Notes under the pieces: generated by a model
Databases searched by the model: none
Seen by the model: the letters and a program-made list of their open reading frames with translations, nothing else
Told to the model about the DNA's origin: nothing
NCBI GenBank assembly: GCA_963575745.1
Contig: CAUYUJ010000332.1
Location: 1 to 64,000 of the forward strand
Reading direction: 5' to 3'
DNA: 64,000 bases
Origin: Prorocentrum cordatum
Lineage: Eukaryota
Shown here: positions 14,341-28,480 of the stretch, piece after piece
Layout of the letters: the number at the start of each line of letters is the position of its first letter
Numbering within the stretch: position 1 is the stretch's first letter
Made by a program: the position numbers and the translations under genes

Positions 14341-16223
14341 TGCATTAGTCTAGATTAATCGAACACGTTTGGAATATCTAGGCGTCTGAATTCGGTCTGA
14401 TACGAACACTGGGATTGAAAACACATTGTTCTCTGCTAATATTAAAACGCAGATAAATTCCTTGCTGTAACTCGAACTGCATATACACTACAGAAATCAT
14501 GCAAATGGATACCCACTCTCACTTAATTTAGCACAAAAGCGTAATCCGACAAATATTTGTATACTGTTTTTTTCCGCAAAAACTGATACTGATTCTCTTG
14601 ACTATCTCGATCTCAAGAGAAACTACAAACGCCTGTCACACAGGAAATCATCAGACACACTAGCCACGAATATCTAAATGTCGAGGCTCAGTTTGTCACC
14701 AAAACTGGATGTGGAAAACTAATCGTACTCTAATATGTTGTTATATCATTAACAACCTTGCCCTTCAAAAAAATCGAACTGCAAAATTATCTGATACAAA
14801 ATTCGGAAACCAAAAAATATGTGCATATATATATATATATATATTATTTTTTATATAAAAAACTCGCACTAGGCTTCTAAACATCGAAAAAGAAAAACGA
14901 TGCGTTGTATCCTTTGCAACCAGAACGATCGTTATTATTCATCCAGCGTTACTCGATTTTTCCTGCTTTTGCCGTTCCTACTTCTTCTCCTGATCTTGCT
15001 CACTCTCGCGCGGTACAATACGAGATTGCTGCGCCCGCAATGGACGAAACTCTACGACTTCCAAACAACACCCAACATTTCAGATTCATCGTTGGCTTCC
15101 AAATAAATCGAAAATAAAACATATAATCCCTCAAATATCCGAGAAACGATGTTAAATAAGAAAAGCACAACAATGTCGATGTTTCGGTAGATGAAGCCCA
15201 CCCACGGCGCCAACTCACTCTCTACCCTAATTCCCTCGCTCTCAGGAGATAAATATGTTAGTTGATCAAAGAATTGAGATTCATTTTCAAAACGTTGAAC
15301 CCTTATGAAATCTCATCGCGATGACAATTTAGCTATGTCTTTACTTCTATGTTTATTGTAAGACTGATATACAAACTTAAACATCAGATGCGAACCTAAT
15401 CACCTGCTATTCGAACATTTTCTCTATTACATTAAACAAATGCACTTCTCTTGCAATAGATTGCGAACGCAATCAGACGCAAAGATGCATCAAGAAAATC
15501 ACCAATACTTAACAACTATCTTATGGCACAACATTACTCTGATTTGTTCTTGACTCATTCCTCAAAGCATTAAACGCATCTGTCTGATATCCCAATCCTG
15601 CGTTACTGCATTATGACTGCTATTCGCGACATATAAACACTCTCGCACAATTACCCACACACACCCACACACACATATATAGAGGAAGACACTGGATTCT
15701 AGATTCAAAATCATTTCAATCTGGATTAAAAGGAAAATCGTGGAACGCGTACTGATTCATGTGATATAAAAATTAAGTGTATATTTAATGAATATGTTTG
15801 TCGAATCACAACCGATCATGTAAATCAAAATTTAAATGACATACACATATCGAACCTAAGTCGACCACTTATAAAGAATAAGAAAAGAGAAAGGACAATC
15901 TAAAGAGAAGAGAGTTAGATAAAGATCCGAGAACGTAAGACAAGAAAAGGAGAAGAAGAAAAAACTGCGAGACGGCAGAAGAAGATAAACAACAAAAATA
16001 CAAAATAAACAGAAAAAACGCAAGAAGAGTAACCGAATTCAAAGAAAACCGGTAGATAAATTATACCGGAACCTACGATGGCTGCTAGTTTCCGTTATCG
16101 GCAATCGAAACGGTTGGTATGTTCCGAAAAGATATTATCACAGCTTCGTGGCTGCGCAAGTTTCCATGGAATCACCTCCCTTAGGTGACCACTCAGACGA
16201 CTCATATGCAACTTCGATAAACA

Positions 16224-18518
16224 GTGTCTATGTTTACGAGCATGCATTCCGTAGCTAGTCGGCTGAGTGCAAAGCGATCGCTGTCAAGAATTCCCACATC
16301 ACATCTGCGGTCCGCTGAAGTGGAGAGCATGTTTCCATACATCATATTCTTATTGCCACATTGGGTGACTGGCGTTCGAATGTTGTATCGACGCGGATCA
16401 AATCCAGGTGAGAGGAGTCAGTTAACGGCAGTAGAACAAACGAATCAGACCCATTTGGAAGCAGGCTTTTTGGACGTGGGACCGTGCGCAGCGCAGAGCA
16501 TTCCACGAGCAGAATTGGCAGTCGAGCATTCCCCAGAGGAAAAAGCAGACATTACGCTCAGTGCGCCGACTGTAAAGAACGCGGTCCCAAGCGTCGTCAC
16601 TTCGAACTATACAAAGAGCCGATACCATACCAAGAGAGTGAGGAGACAAAGAACGGTATGAAAAAAGCTTACAGGATAATGCGAGACTCTATATTCAGAT
16701 TGAAGATTTCTGGACGAAGCCATTTGCACAATCGAAGTATCAGAAGATGACCATATTAGTTGCAGATTGTGCAAGTACAAAGATTGTCAAAAGTCATAAG
16801 AATGTCAAAAAGAATGGATGATTAAGGTAATAATGTTTTGTTTGTGGAGACAATTGGAGAAAGAAAAGGTGTTCCGAGTGATCCAAGTACGCTGAATATT
16901 CCTCGATTCCAGAGAGAGCACGCCCGAAAGTACAAATCTTCGTGCACTCCAGTACAAATAGAGAAGTTATTTTGCAAATTGCAGATTCATGAAGATTTTG
17001 ATGGCCAACAAGCAAGCAGATTGAGAATGAACGAGCAAAGTTCAAGCCATCAGTAAGTCGATATTCGATTGCATGCGTTGGCGACTTACAAAATTTATTG
17101 CAGATCCTCCAGAGGAAATCATAATATTTGGAGATTCTGTTGTATTTGAAGAAAGTAAATGTCGTGTTCCGTTTACAGCGCCGACAGCGGGAGATATGAT
17201 CAAAAAACTACGGCATTTGTCAGGTTGTATCATGGATTTCACTTTCAACACAAATCAGCATGGATTATTGCTTGGTGTTATAGGACATGTGGGACTGTGG
17301 CAAGAAAAAGAAACACATGAACCTCACATGCGGGTTTTTCCGGCTATATTCATGCTCGCAACTGCCAAAGACAAAGACGCTCAACAGTTATGAGTGAATC
17401 TCTATTTGAATACAGCCGAATCGATTGATATGACAATTACTGATGGATTCGTAGATTGCGCTTGCATGGAAAATGTATTAACTGCTTTACCACCTGAAAG
17501 GTGTAGTTCTACATCGTTGTTTGCAGCGTACCCGGACAAATATAAAACAAGAGGGTAAAGGTAAGCTTCGACGGCCAGCGGGGAAGGATCACATAAATTT
17601 TATCCATATAACCGACAAGTGTGTATAGGGATCAACTTGGCTTCCAAGCGACATCGAGTTTCATACATTTTGGTCCAGTTATTTACAGCGTTGTGACGCA
17701 AAAGACGGTGTGACCGATTTCAACGAGCCTGTATTCAGCAAGTATATCTCGAAGAATATGTTGGACATTTCCGACGGGGTTATTCGGGCGCCTTGGGCGT
17801 GTGGATTAGAAACAGTTCCGCTTGGATTCACGACGTACGCACCGAGCACAGCCGAACGAAAGCATCGAACTATAAAGTCGTGGTTGGAATACGATTACGA
17901 GCGATGCAATGCCGCAGAATTGATGCACCAAGTGTGCGAGGTTATTTCCGGACGGATTGAGGGGGGCCATTATGATAATTTGGTAACTCGAATAGATCAA
18001 GAATGGAAGGGGTTAGAAAAATGGCCAACACGGAAAATGCTGCAAGATTTGAAGTTTTTCACGTGGATACAGAAGACGACGCTCAAGCCATTCGATTAGA
18101 TTCCACTGCAATTTTGAAACATTTCCATCAGCATGGCGCTCACAAAACACATGTAATGCAGCCGTGTGGAATTACCCCTTTCAACAGGCGAGCAGGCAAC
18201 ATTCGCTTATGTCATGCCAAAGTATAAGTTATGGAAGGCCACCGAAAACAAAATGGGTATGGAGGCAATGATGAAACTCGCATTGGCTCAGACACAAGCA
18301 GACGTAGAAATTGCGATGGCTAGTCCCGATACAGGTGCCTACGATTTGACGCGGCATTTAAAGCTTCGCCAGCAATATACCATCATATATTTGACAGATC
18401 AGAAAATTGCAAGAGACACGCATCGCCATTATGTTGAGGGATGCGGTTTTTCAGAGCATTCGTTGTTCATTCAGAGACTTCATATTCAAGATTATTTGAA
18501 AGCAGTACCAGAAGGGCA
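16224..18518 (+). pseudogene. Mutator/MULE-type DDE transposase, disrupted
   Basis: CIMDFTFNTNQHG (first D), GFVDCA (second D, read through the TGA at 17391), frameshifted LHRCLQR (CxxH-like) and STAERKHRTIK (E). Truncated by family X at 18519. Confidence 0.65.
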
Positions 18519-20807
18519 TGACTCTTAGAGCTTCCCTAAGAGCGTTAGCGGCGAAGCTAGAAGAGTAATTCCGGCGCGCTGGGGGGCTAGTTGGAAAAAA
18601 CAACGACGGGAGTTTTGTCTTTTTTTGATTTATTAAATTGAATTTGTCAAAATTCAACAGGTCGCTAGAGCTCTATAATCATTATATTCGATCTTATTCC
18701 CGCTCGCCGTCTCAATCGCAAGTCGATCGGGTACCGATTACTGCCAAAAAGCACTCAGGCGGGATCGGCTGCTTCGAGTCCCATTGGCAGATGCTGTCGG
18801 TTTTCTGTACCTAACTCGAGCTGTAGGATAGCTACACAGCTGGTAGGCACACCTAACCGATCTAGAATCGTCAGGCGCGCTCGTCTGAAGTATCCAGATG
18901 TCTGAACTCGGTCTGCTACTCGAGCTGGGTCCTCGCAACTATTTGTACTTCACCATTTTTTTCAAGATGATGATGGTTTTCTCAACTTAACTCGAGCTGC
19001 AGATGAGCTACAGCTTTTTGGCACAGCAATCGGAAGGAAATCACCAGGCGCGATAGTCTGAAGTATCTAGACGCCTGAACTCGGTCTTCTATCAGCGCTG
19101 GAGCCGAACAACTATTCCTACTCTGCTGAATTGCTGGAGATGGTGAAGGTTTTCTTGACTTGAGCTGCAGATTAGCTACAGAGCTGTAACTCGTAGAGCT
19201 TCCCTTAGCAAGTTATTGCTGGAAGCTTTAGAGTAATTCCGGAGCGCTGGAGAGCTAGTTGGCAAGAAAAATCTCGACGGAACTTTTGCTGACTTTTGCT
19301 CGGTTGAAAATTTTGTTCTCGAAATTTGACCATTCGTTAGAGCTCTAGTATTTTTTCCCGTGATATTCGATCTTATTCCCGCTCGCCATCTTGATCTCAG
19401 CTCGATCGGGTGAATATTACTGTGAAAAAGCACTCTGGCGGGATCGCCCGTTTGAAGTCATCTTGATACGCGCCGACGGTTTTCTGAACATAACTCGAGC
19501 TTCAGGGCAGCTACAGAGCTGGTAAGCACAGCTATCGCACTCAGAATCATCAGGCGCGTTCGCCTGTTGAATCCAGAGGTCTGAACTCGGTCTGCTAGCC
19601 GAGCTAGGTCTGCAAACCTATTCGTATTATTCAAGTCATCTTGACAGGAACTCTCGGTTTTTTTGTACTTAACTCGAGCTGTAGGACAGCTACAGAGCTG
19701 ATAGTTACAGACACCGGTTCAGAATCATCAGTTGCGTTTGTCTGTTGAATTCAGAGCTCTGAACTCGGTCTGCTGCCCGATCTAGAATCGCGAAACTATT
19801 CGTATTGGTCGAGCCATCTTGAGAAGTGCTCTCGGTTTCCTCCATTCAACTCGCGCTGAGGGGAGCTACAGTGCTGGTGGTCACAGGAATCGATTTGGAG
19901 ACATCAGACGCGTCCGCCTGTCGAATCCAGAGCTCGGAACACGGTCTGCTGCCCGAATTAGGTCTGCAAAACTACGGTATTGTTGGAGTCATCCTGAGAG
20001 GTGCTGTCAGTTTTCTGTATTCAACTCCGGTGTTCTCAACTTCAGTCGAGCTGGAAGCTCTACGAGTCTCCCGGCGGTAACCAAGGTTGACGGTTTACCG
20101 CCGGCGTCCAGTTCGGCACAGCGATCGGAAGGGAATCAACAGGCGCGCTAGTTTAAAGTGTCTAGACGCCTGAACTCGGTCTGCTATCAGCGCTGGGGCC
20201 GAAAAACTATTCGTACTCTGCTACTTTTTAGAAGTGGTCATGGTTTTCTTGACTTAACTCGAGCTGCAGATGAGCTACAGAGCTGTTCGGCACAGCAATC
20301 GGAAGGGAATCAGCAAGCGCGCTAGTTTAACGTATCTAGACGCCTGAACTCGGTCTGCTATCAGCGCTGGGTCTGAAAAACGATTCGTACTCTACTATTT
20401 GTTAGATGGCATTGGTTGTCTTGCCTTAACTCGAGCTGCAGATGAGCTACAGAGCTGTTCGGCACAGCAATCGGAAGAAAATAATCAGGCGCGCTCATTC
20501 AAAATATATATTCGTACTCTGTTGTTTTAGAGATGGTGACGGTTATCTCTACGCTGCTCGGCACAGCAATCGGAAGGAAATCAACAGGCGCGCTAGCTCA
20601 AAGTGTCCAGACGCCTGAACTCGGTCTGGTACGTATATGTTTTTTGTTCCAAATGCTTTTCCCTCACTCCTTCTTCTCCTCAACGCCCTCCTCCATGAGA
20701 CCGCGCCCTCGCGCGCGCAATGCGAGATCGCCGCGCCCGCAGTGCACGAGGAAGCTCTACGAGTTCCCGGCGGTAACCAAGGTTGACGGTTTACCGCGGG
20801 CCCCCAG
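18519..20807 (+). mobile_element. Family X copy hosting a nested family X copy
   Basis: 5' end tgactcttagagcttcc; 3' ggaagctctacgagtt, hairpin and ccag at 20750-20807. Confidence 0.75.
19187..20111 (+). mobile_element. Nested family X copy, precise insertion with no target-site duplication
   Basis: The flanks gctacagagctg | ttcggcacagc rejoin to the consensus internal unit; perfect 15-bp inverted repeat at 19189-19203 / 20053-20067. Confidence 0.8.
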
Positions 20808-20809
20808 TC

Positions 20810-22080
20810 CTCAGGTCCGCAGCTGCAGTATTACTCTTTAAAAAAAACGTGGAGGAACCGTTGGCCGTCGGAATACAGTCTTCTAACTGATATCCGAGAT
20901 CACTCTTCCCTGCCATCTAGGCACTGATTCGGTGTCTTGAGAGCTCTACGAGGGCCCCGGTGGTAGCCTGGTTGACGGTTCACCGCTGGCCTCCAGTTGG
21001 CCGACCCGGCCCGGGCGGACAATGCCTCGCAGGGCTGCTCGGCATCGATGAGCTAGAAGAATTCCGGCGCGGCACGCAGCTAGCTGGCCGACCCGGCCGG
21101 GGCGGACAATGTGTCAACCGAGGGTAGATTGTTCGAAGATTCTGAGAGATTTTGAAATTCTTTTTAAGAACCAGTATTTGTCTCACGTGTAGTGGGTTAT
21201 GACGCGGCAGCCCGTTGAATTCTCAGGCCTGTAGCTACAATATAACTGTCAAAAGACGTGGAGGAACCGACTTTGGGTGAAAGCTAGAAAACGTGATTTT
21301 GAGTTTTTCAGCTCACGCTTAAGAAAGATTCCTTCATGTGTTCCGAGCAGCGCCGTGCGAGAAAAGAGCTCTACGAGGCTCCCTGGAATAACCTGGTTGA
21401 GGGTTCACCGCCGGCTTCCAGCGTGTCAACCTGGGGTCGGTGTTTCGAAGACTGCAAAAGGTTTTAAAATTCGTTTCGAGAAAGTGTATTTTTCTCACGT
21501 GTAGTGGGTTATGAGGCGCTCGCCTTTCGAATTCTCAGGTCCATAGCTGCAATTTTGCTGTCGAAAGACGCGGAGGAACCGACTTTGCAATCCAGAACAT
21601 GCATTCGGGGAGTTTTCGCGCTGAGTTCCGAGCAGGCTCCCATGCAGCGCCGTCGTAGCCGTGGCGGTGCCGCAGTGGCCGTAGCGAAGTACCTCGTAGA
21701 GCCAAGATGAGCTAAGAGGAATTCGGGCGCGGGTTGGAGCTAGTTGACCCAGCTGGCCAGAACGGATAATGCGGTGACCTGAGGCGGTTTTTTGGAGATG
21801 CTGCGGAATTTGAAAGTTCGTTTCAAAAATTCAGATTCTTGCGCCGCGCAATCGATCATGGCGCGCTCGACGGTGCAATCCTCAGGTCTGTAGCCGCTCT
21901 GGAGCTCGAGAAAATTACAAGGAACGGTTGGCCGAATGTTCAAAAATGCAATTTTTCAATTTTTCGGAAGATAACTGCAGAAGCCTTGTGCTTGTATCTC
22001 GTGCTCTCCGGGCGTCTATAGAGCTCTACGAGGTTCCCGGCGGTAACCTGGTTGACGGTTTACCGCCAGCGCCCAGTGTT
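20810..22080 (+). mobile_element. Cluster of related elements sharing the family X 3' end (also reversed at 10570-11210)
   Basis: gagctctacgag + hairpin + ccag at about 20941, 21367 and 22021, with different internal sequence. Confidence 0.55.
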
Positions 22081-22569
22081 GCATAATTTTGCTGGATGTA
22101 AATTCGAATTCTCAGATTTCGACAATTCGTTTGAGCTCTAGTATATCTTCCACCCATACTCGATTTCATTCTCGCTCGCCATCTGAATATCAGGTCGATC
22201 GGGTACGTGTAACTGCCTAAAAACATGTGGGCGGAATCGACTGTCTCGTGTGATCTGGGCAGGTGCTGTCGGTGTTCTGTTCTTAACTCGAGCTGTAGGA
22301 TAGCTACAGAGCTGGCAGGCACACTTAACCGATCTAGAATCGTAAGCCGCGCGAGTCTCAAGCATCTAGATGTATGAAGTCGGTATGCTACTAGAGCTAG
22401 GTTCGCAAAACTATTCGTACTCTGGTATTCCTTTGAAGATGATGATGCGTTTCTTGACTCAACTCGAACTACAGAAAAGCTACAGAGCTGTTCGGCACAG
22501 GAATTGGAGGAAAATCATCATACGCGCTGATTCAACGCATCTAGACGCCTAATCTCGGTCTGCTATCTT

Positions 22570-24370
22570 GGCTGGGTCTAAGAAAATTAGCCTGGCGAAG
22601 AACCCAACCATATGCAGTTGTCAGTACCGCAGCTGCGGGTTTCATCTTCAGTGGAACTCCCCGTTGGACTACGAACCGTGTGAGGGGTGTGCCGAGATGG
22701 GTGCCACTGGGACATTCGGCGAAGCTCCCTATGGAGACATGAAACACGCGCGGGGCGTGCCGACATGGATGGCGGAAACGCATGTGAGGGCCGCCAGTGG
22801 GGCCTTCAGTGAAGCTCCTATGGGTCACCGAAACATGATGCTGCTGTGAGGGGGTGCCTGGATGGGCTGCGGAGACACATGTAAGCGCAGCTACTGGGGC
22901 CTTCGGTGGAGCTCCCTATGGGGCCACGAAGCGCGTGAGCGGTGTACTGGGATGTGTGGCGGGAACGCATGTGAGCGCCGCCGCTGGGGCCTTCGGTGCA
23001 GCTCCCTATGGGGCCACGAAACGTGTGAGGGGTGTGCCGAATTGGGCGCGGGTGGTGACGCATGCGGGCGGCGCCACTGGGGCCTTCGGTGGAGCTCCCT
23101 ACGGGGCCAAACCTGTTGTTGTGAGGGGCGTGCCGGGATGGTGGCGGGACACATGTGAGCGCGGCCGCTGGGGCCTTCCGTGGAACTTCCTATGGGGCTA
23201 CGAAACGCGCGACGGGTGTGCCGAATTGGGCGGGTGGCGGAAACGCATGCAACCGCCGCCACTGGGGCCTCCGGTGGATGATGCGGCCGCGAATTCTGTG
23301 AGGGATGTGCCGAAATGGGTGCGCGGGACGCATGCGCATGTGAGCGCCGCCACTGGGGCCTTCGGTGGAACTCCCTGTGGGGCTACGAAACGCGCGAGGG
23401 GTGTGCCGAAGTGGGTGTGCGGGACGCATGCGGGCACACCCACTGGGGCCTTGGGTGGAACTCCTTATGGGGCCACGAAACGTGCGACGGGCATGCCGAA
23501 ATGGGCGCGCGGGACGCACGCGGGCGGCAGCACTGGATCCTTCGGTGGAGCTCCCTATGGGGCCACGAAATGTGTGAGGGGTGTACCCAATTGACAACGC
23601 GGGACGCATGCGGGCGACAGCACTGGGGCCTCGGTGGGGCCCCCAATGGGGCCACGAAACGTGTGAGGGATGTGTCGAAGTAGGTGCGCAGGACGCATGC
23701 AGGCGGCATCACTGGGGTCTTCAATGGGCCTCCATGGGGCCACGAAACTTGTGAGGGCGCGCCGAATTGGATGAGCGTGAGCAGGCGGCAACTGAACCCG
23801 AAAGTCTTTATAGGGTCACGCATGCGGGCGGCAGCCCTGAGTCTTCAGTGGGCCCCCTCATGGGGCCACGAACCGTGACTCGCAGCTTCCCTAAGCGCGT
23901 TGACGGCGAAGCTAGAAGAGTAACGCCGGCGCGCTGGGAAGCTAGTTGACAATAAACTCGAAAGTTTGGGGCAGCCATCGGATAACATGAACGGACACGC
24001 TAGCGTGTGCAGACGCCTCAACAGGGCTTGGTACGTCAATCATCTGTTCCACATATGCTTATTTCTCTGCTTCTTTTCCTTCGCGTCCTGTTTCATGGGG
24101 CCGCGCGCGCAATGCGAGATTCCCGCGTCTGCATTGCACGAGGAATCTCTACGAAGTCCCTGCGGCAATCAAGGTTGCCGGTTTACCGCTGGCTTCCAGT
24201 GTGAGAGATGTGCCGAATAGGGCGTGCGCGACGCATGCTGAGGGCAACACAGGCGCCTTCGCTGGGGTGTTCTATGGGACCACGAAACATGTAAGAGGTG
24301 AGCGGGTGCTCAATTGGGCGTGCTCGACGCATGCGGGCAAGAACACTGGGACCTTCGGTAGCTCCCTGTG
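22570..24370 (-). repeat. Diverged array of the 90-bp satellite, reverse orientation
   Basis: cactggggccttcggtggagctccctatggggccacgaaacgtgtgaggggtgtgccgaa units; terminal segment shared with 4090-4135. Confidence 0.85.
23876..24199 (+). mobile_element. Short internally deleted family X copy inserted in the satellite
   Basis: The flanks ccacgaaccg | tgtgagagatgtgccgaa rejoin to the satellite unit with no duplication. Confidence 0.7.
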
Positions 24371-27300
24371 ATGCCACGGATTTTGTTCTACGCACCTCGC
24401 AGCGAATGACCCAGCCACACTGAAGTCTCACCATAATCTCAACGCACAAGAAAATTACAGCTTAAAGAGTTGCGGGGGGAAAGAGGGAGACCAACCAAAA
24501 CAAGCCTCATCTTCATGCTGTAAACTTCCGGATCGCTCGGAAGCAGCACGGCCGGCCGAACGCCGGTTGGAGGAGCTATCAAAATGCGGCGAAACACCTA
24601 GGGAAAGCGGAAGGGAGGAGGAGGAAGAAGGAGAGGGAGGGGGGGGAGGGAGGGAGGGGGGGGGAGGGAGCAGCAGCAGACGACAAACGACGAGGATGGA
24701 GAAAGGAAGAGGAGGCGAGCGGGGGGGGCACGCCCCAAAAAGGCGGCGACGCGCGACGCGCGCACCATGCTCTCCAAGCACGGCGGCCGGGGGGTGGAGG
24801 AGAGAGGAAGGAGGGGGAAGGGACACGGCGGACGACAGCGAGAACGACAGCGGCACGCAGAAGGAGAAAGGGAGGGGAGGAAGGGGGAGGGAGAGGAAGG
24901 GATGGAAGAATGGGCGAAAAAGAAAGACGGAGATTAAACGGGAGGAAGCCAATCCCTGCAGCCGCGCAGGCGGTGATGTGCGAGCGGGACGCGGCAGCTG
25001 AGGAGATGCGCCCAGTCAGGGCCGGAATGCGCCACATCACGCATTAGAGCTTGCAAGCGAGACTGAAATTCGTGAACTGACGGAGCAGCGACCACGCTGT
25101 CTGGGAGGAGGTTATAAACGCTGACAAGGCCCAGCACGGAACGCCGGGCAAAATCTGGGGCGCGAAGCTGCAGAGGGTCAGCCAGGTGCCGGGCGTGGCG
25201 ACGAGGGGAACGAGGAAGGGGGGGGGCAGGCCGAAAGAAAGAAGCGATGTGACCGGGACTGAGACGTAGCACAGGACGATGGATAACCCCAAGCATTGCG
25301 ATGTCTCTTCTTGCACACAGCGGAGCCAAAGCAAAGTGATCGGGGGCATCAAGATCAGAAATGTCCAAACTACGAAGAAAAACTGTTTTGAATGGCGTCA
25401 AGAGGAGCGAGAGCAGAGGAAGAAGCGAAATGGAATGCACAGGTCCTATATTCGATAAAAGATAAAACTTGGGCCTTGTATAATCAAAAGAATGCGGCAG
25501 AATTATAAAATCTGCGGCAACGAAGCAGACGCTGGATTCTCCATCCACAATCAGAGACAAATGCCAAAATGGCTTCATGCATCAGCAACCGCGCGTCGAA
25601 TACTATACCCAGAAACTTGAAAGAATCGCCCCAAGGCCAGCTGCGAAACAGGATGTGCGTACTCTCCTTGCAAGGATCAAAGACGACCATGTTCGCAACG
25701 CCCCAGCGGTGTAGAGAGGCTTGACATTCAGCATCATGCGGCGCGCCTGGTCGCCTGTAACAATATTTTCGACTGAGCGAACCGCATTCACGCCGTCCGC
25801 TAAACAATTTCTTCGAATCCCGCGGCCCGAACACCCATGCAAGAATCCGAAAAAATGCATTCCAAAGCGGCGGGCACAGCGCCCTGGTATATCATGTCTT
25901 CCAGACGCACTGGGGCAGAATGCTGCCCCTGAACGATAACCCGCGCCTGCGCTGCTCCAGCCAGCTAGCAAGGACGCCGAGCACACTCTCTGAAATGGAG
26001 AAGCCGCGCAGCTTCGCAAGCAGGCGCGGCACGTCGACTCGATGAAGGCGCCGCTGACGTCTGAGCAATACAGCAGGACGACCAAGAGAGAGCGCCGATA
26101 CATTGTAACACAAAATACAGCGCTGCGCCCCGGGCCCCCCGGCCAGGAGCGCATGCGAATTGACGAGCGCCGCACACCGAATCTGTCCAGTTGGGGGCTA
26201 AACAATTGCAAAAACTACCTTAGAGAGCTGGGCGGTCAGCTGAGCTGGATGCCCCGGTAATCATCTGGGCAACTGACAACAAACTTCTTGTAGAGAGGAT
26301 GGACCCCATGCCTCCAAGGCAACGGCAACTGGCCTGATCTTACAATCAAGCGAGCAAGCTTTGCAACAGCGACGGCCAAACTGGCAGACGCACGCGGGCA
26401 AGAACATGAAAGAGGTGAGCGGGTGCTCAATTGGGCGTGCGCGACGCATGCGGGCAAGAACACTGGGACCTTCGGTAGCCCCCTGTGATGCCACGGATTT
26501 GTTCTACGCACCTCGCAGCGAATGACCCAGCCACACTGAAGTCTCACCATAATCTCAATGCACAGGAAAATTACAGTTCAAAGAGTTGCGGGGGGAAGGA
26601 GGGAGACCAACCAAAACAAGCCTCATCTTCATGCTGTAAACTTCCGGATCGCTCGGAAGCAGCACGGCCGGCCGAACGCCGGTTGGAGAAGCTATCACAA
26701 TGCGGCGAAACACCTAGGGAAAGCGGAAGGGAGGAGGAGGAAGAAGGAGAGGGAGGGGGGGGGGGAGGGAGGGGGGAGGAGGGAGCAGCAGCAGACGACA
26801 AACGACGAGGGGAGAGAAAGGAAGAGGAGACGAGCGGGGGGGGCAAGCCCCAAAAAGGCGGCGACGCGCGACGCGCGCACCATGCTCTCCAAGCACGGCG
26901 GCCGGGGGGTGGAGGAGAGAGGAAGGAGGGGGAAGGGACACGGCGGACGACAGCGAGAACGACAGCGGCACGCAGAAGGAGAAAGGGAGGGGAAGAAGGG
27001 GGAGGGAGGGGAAGGGATGGAAGAATGGGCGAAAAAGAAAGACGGAGATTAAACGGGAGGAAGCCAATCCCTGCAGCCGCGCAGGCGGTGATGTGCGAGC
27101 GGGACGCGGCAGCTGAAGAGATGCGCCCAGTCAGGGCCGGAATGCGCCACATCACGCATTAGAGCTTGCAAGCGAGACTGAAATTCGTGAACTGACGGAG
27201 CAGCGACCACGCTGTCTGGGAGGAGGTTATAAACGCTGACAAGGCCCAGCACGGAACGCCGGGCAAAATCTGGGGCACGAAGCTGCAGAGGGTCAGCCAG

Positions 27301-28480
27301 GTGCCGGGCGTGGCAACGAGGGGAACGAGGAAAGGGGGGGGGGCAGGCCGAAAGAAAGAAGCGAAGTGACCGGGACTGAGACGTAGCACAGAACGATGGA
27401 TTATCGGATAACCCCAAGTATTGCGATGTCTCTTCTTGCACACAGCGGAGCCAAAGCAAAGTGATCGGGGGGGGCATCAAGATCAGAAATGTCCAAACTA
27501 CGAAAAAAAATGTTTTGAATGGCGTCAAGAAGAGCGAGAGCAGAGGAAGAAGCGAAATGGAACGCACAGGTCCTATATTCGATTAAAGATAAAACTTGGG
27601 CCTTGTATAATCTAAAGAATTCGGCAGAATTATAAAATCTGCGGCAACGAAGCAGACGCTGGATTCTCCATCCACAATCAGAAACACATGCCAAAATGGC
27701 TTCATGCATCAGCAACCGCGCGTCGAATACTATACCCAGAAACTTGAAAGAATCGCCCCAAGGCCAGCTGCGAGACAGGATGTGTGCACTCTCCTTGCAA
27801 GGATCAAAGACGACCCTGTTCGCAACGCCCCAGCGGTGTAGAGAGGCTTGACATTCAGCATCATGCGGCGCGCCTGGTCGCCTGTAACAATATGTTCGAC
27901 TGAGCGAATCGCATTCATGTCGTCCGCTAAACACTTTCTTCGAATCCCGTGGCCCGAACACCCACGCAAGAATCCGAGATAAATGCATTCCAAAGCGGCG
28001 GGCACAGTGCCCTGGTATATCATGTTTTCCATGCGCACTGGGGCAGAATGCTGCCCCTGAACGATAACCCGCGCCTGCGCTGCTCCAGCCAGCTAGCAAG
28101 GACACGAGCACACTCTCTGAAACGGATAAGCAGCGCAGCTTCGCAAGCAGGCGCGGCACGTCGACCCGACGAAGTCTGAGCAATACAGCAGGACGACAAG
28201 AGAGAGCGCTGATACATTGTAACACAAAATACAGCACTGCGCCCCGGGCCCCCCGGCCAGAAGCGCATGCGAATTGACGAGCGCCGCACACCGAATCTGT
28301 CCAGTTGGGGGCTAAACAAGTGCAAAAACTACCTTAGAGAGCTGGGCGGTCAGCTGAGCTGGATGCCCCGGTCATCATCTGGGCAACTGACAACAAACTT
28401 CTTGTAGAGAGGATGGACCCCATGCCTCCAAGGCAACGGCAACTGACCTGATCTTACAATCAAGCGAGCAAGCTACGCAA
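24288..28480. repeat. ~2.1-kb tandem duplication containing LINE 3' halves
   Basis: aagaggtgagcgggtgctcaattggg at about 24293 and 26410; downstream sequence collinear. Confidence 0.9.
24934..26400 (-). pseudogene. LINE RT/C-terminal fragment (second subfamily)
   Basis: DYRGIQLS, LYCSDVSGAF, ADGVNA, FKFLGIVFDARL motifs across frames. Confidence 0.8.
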
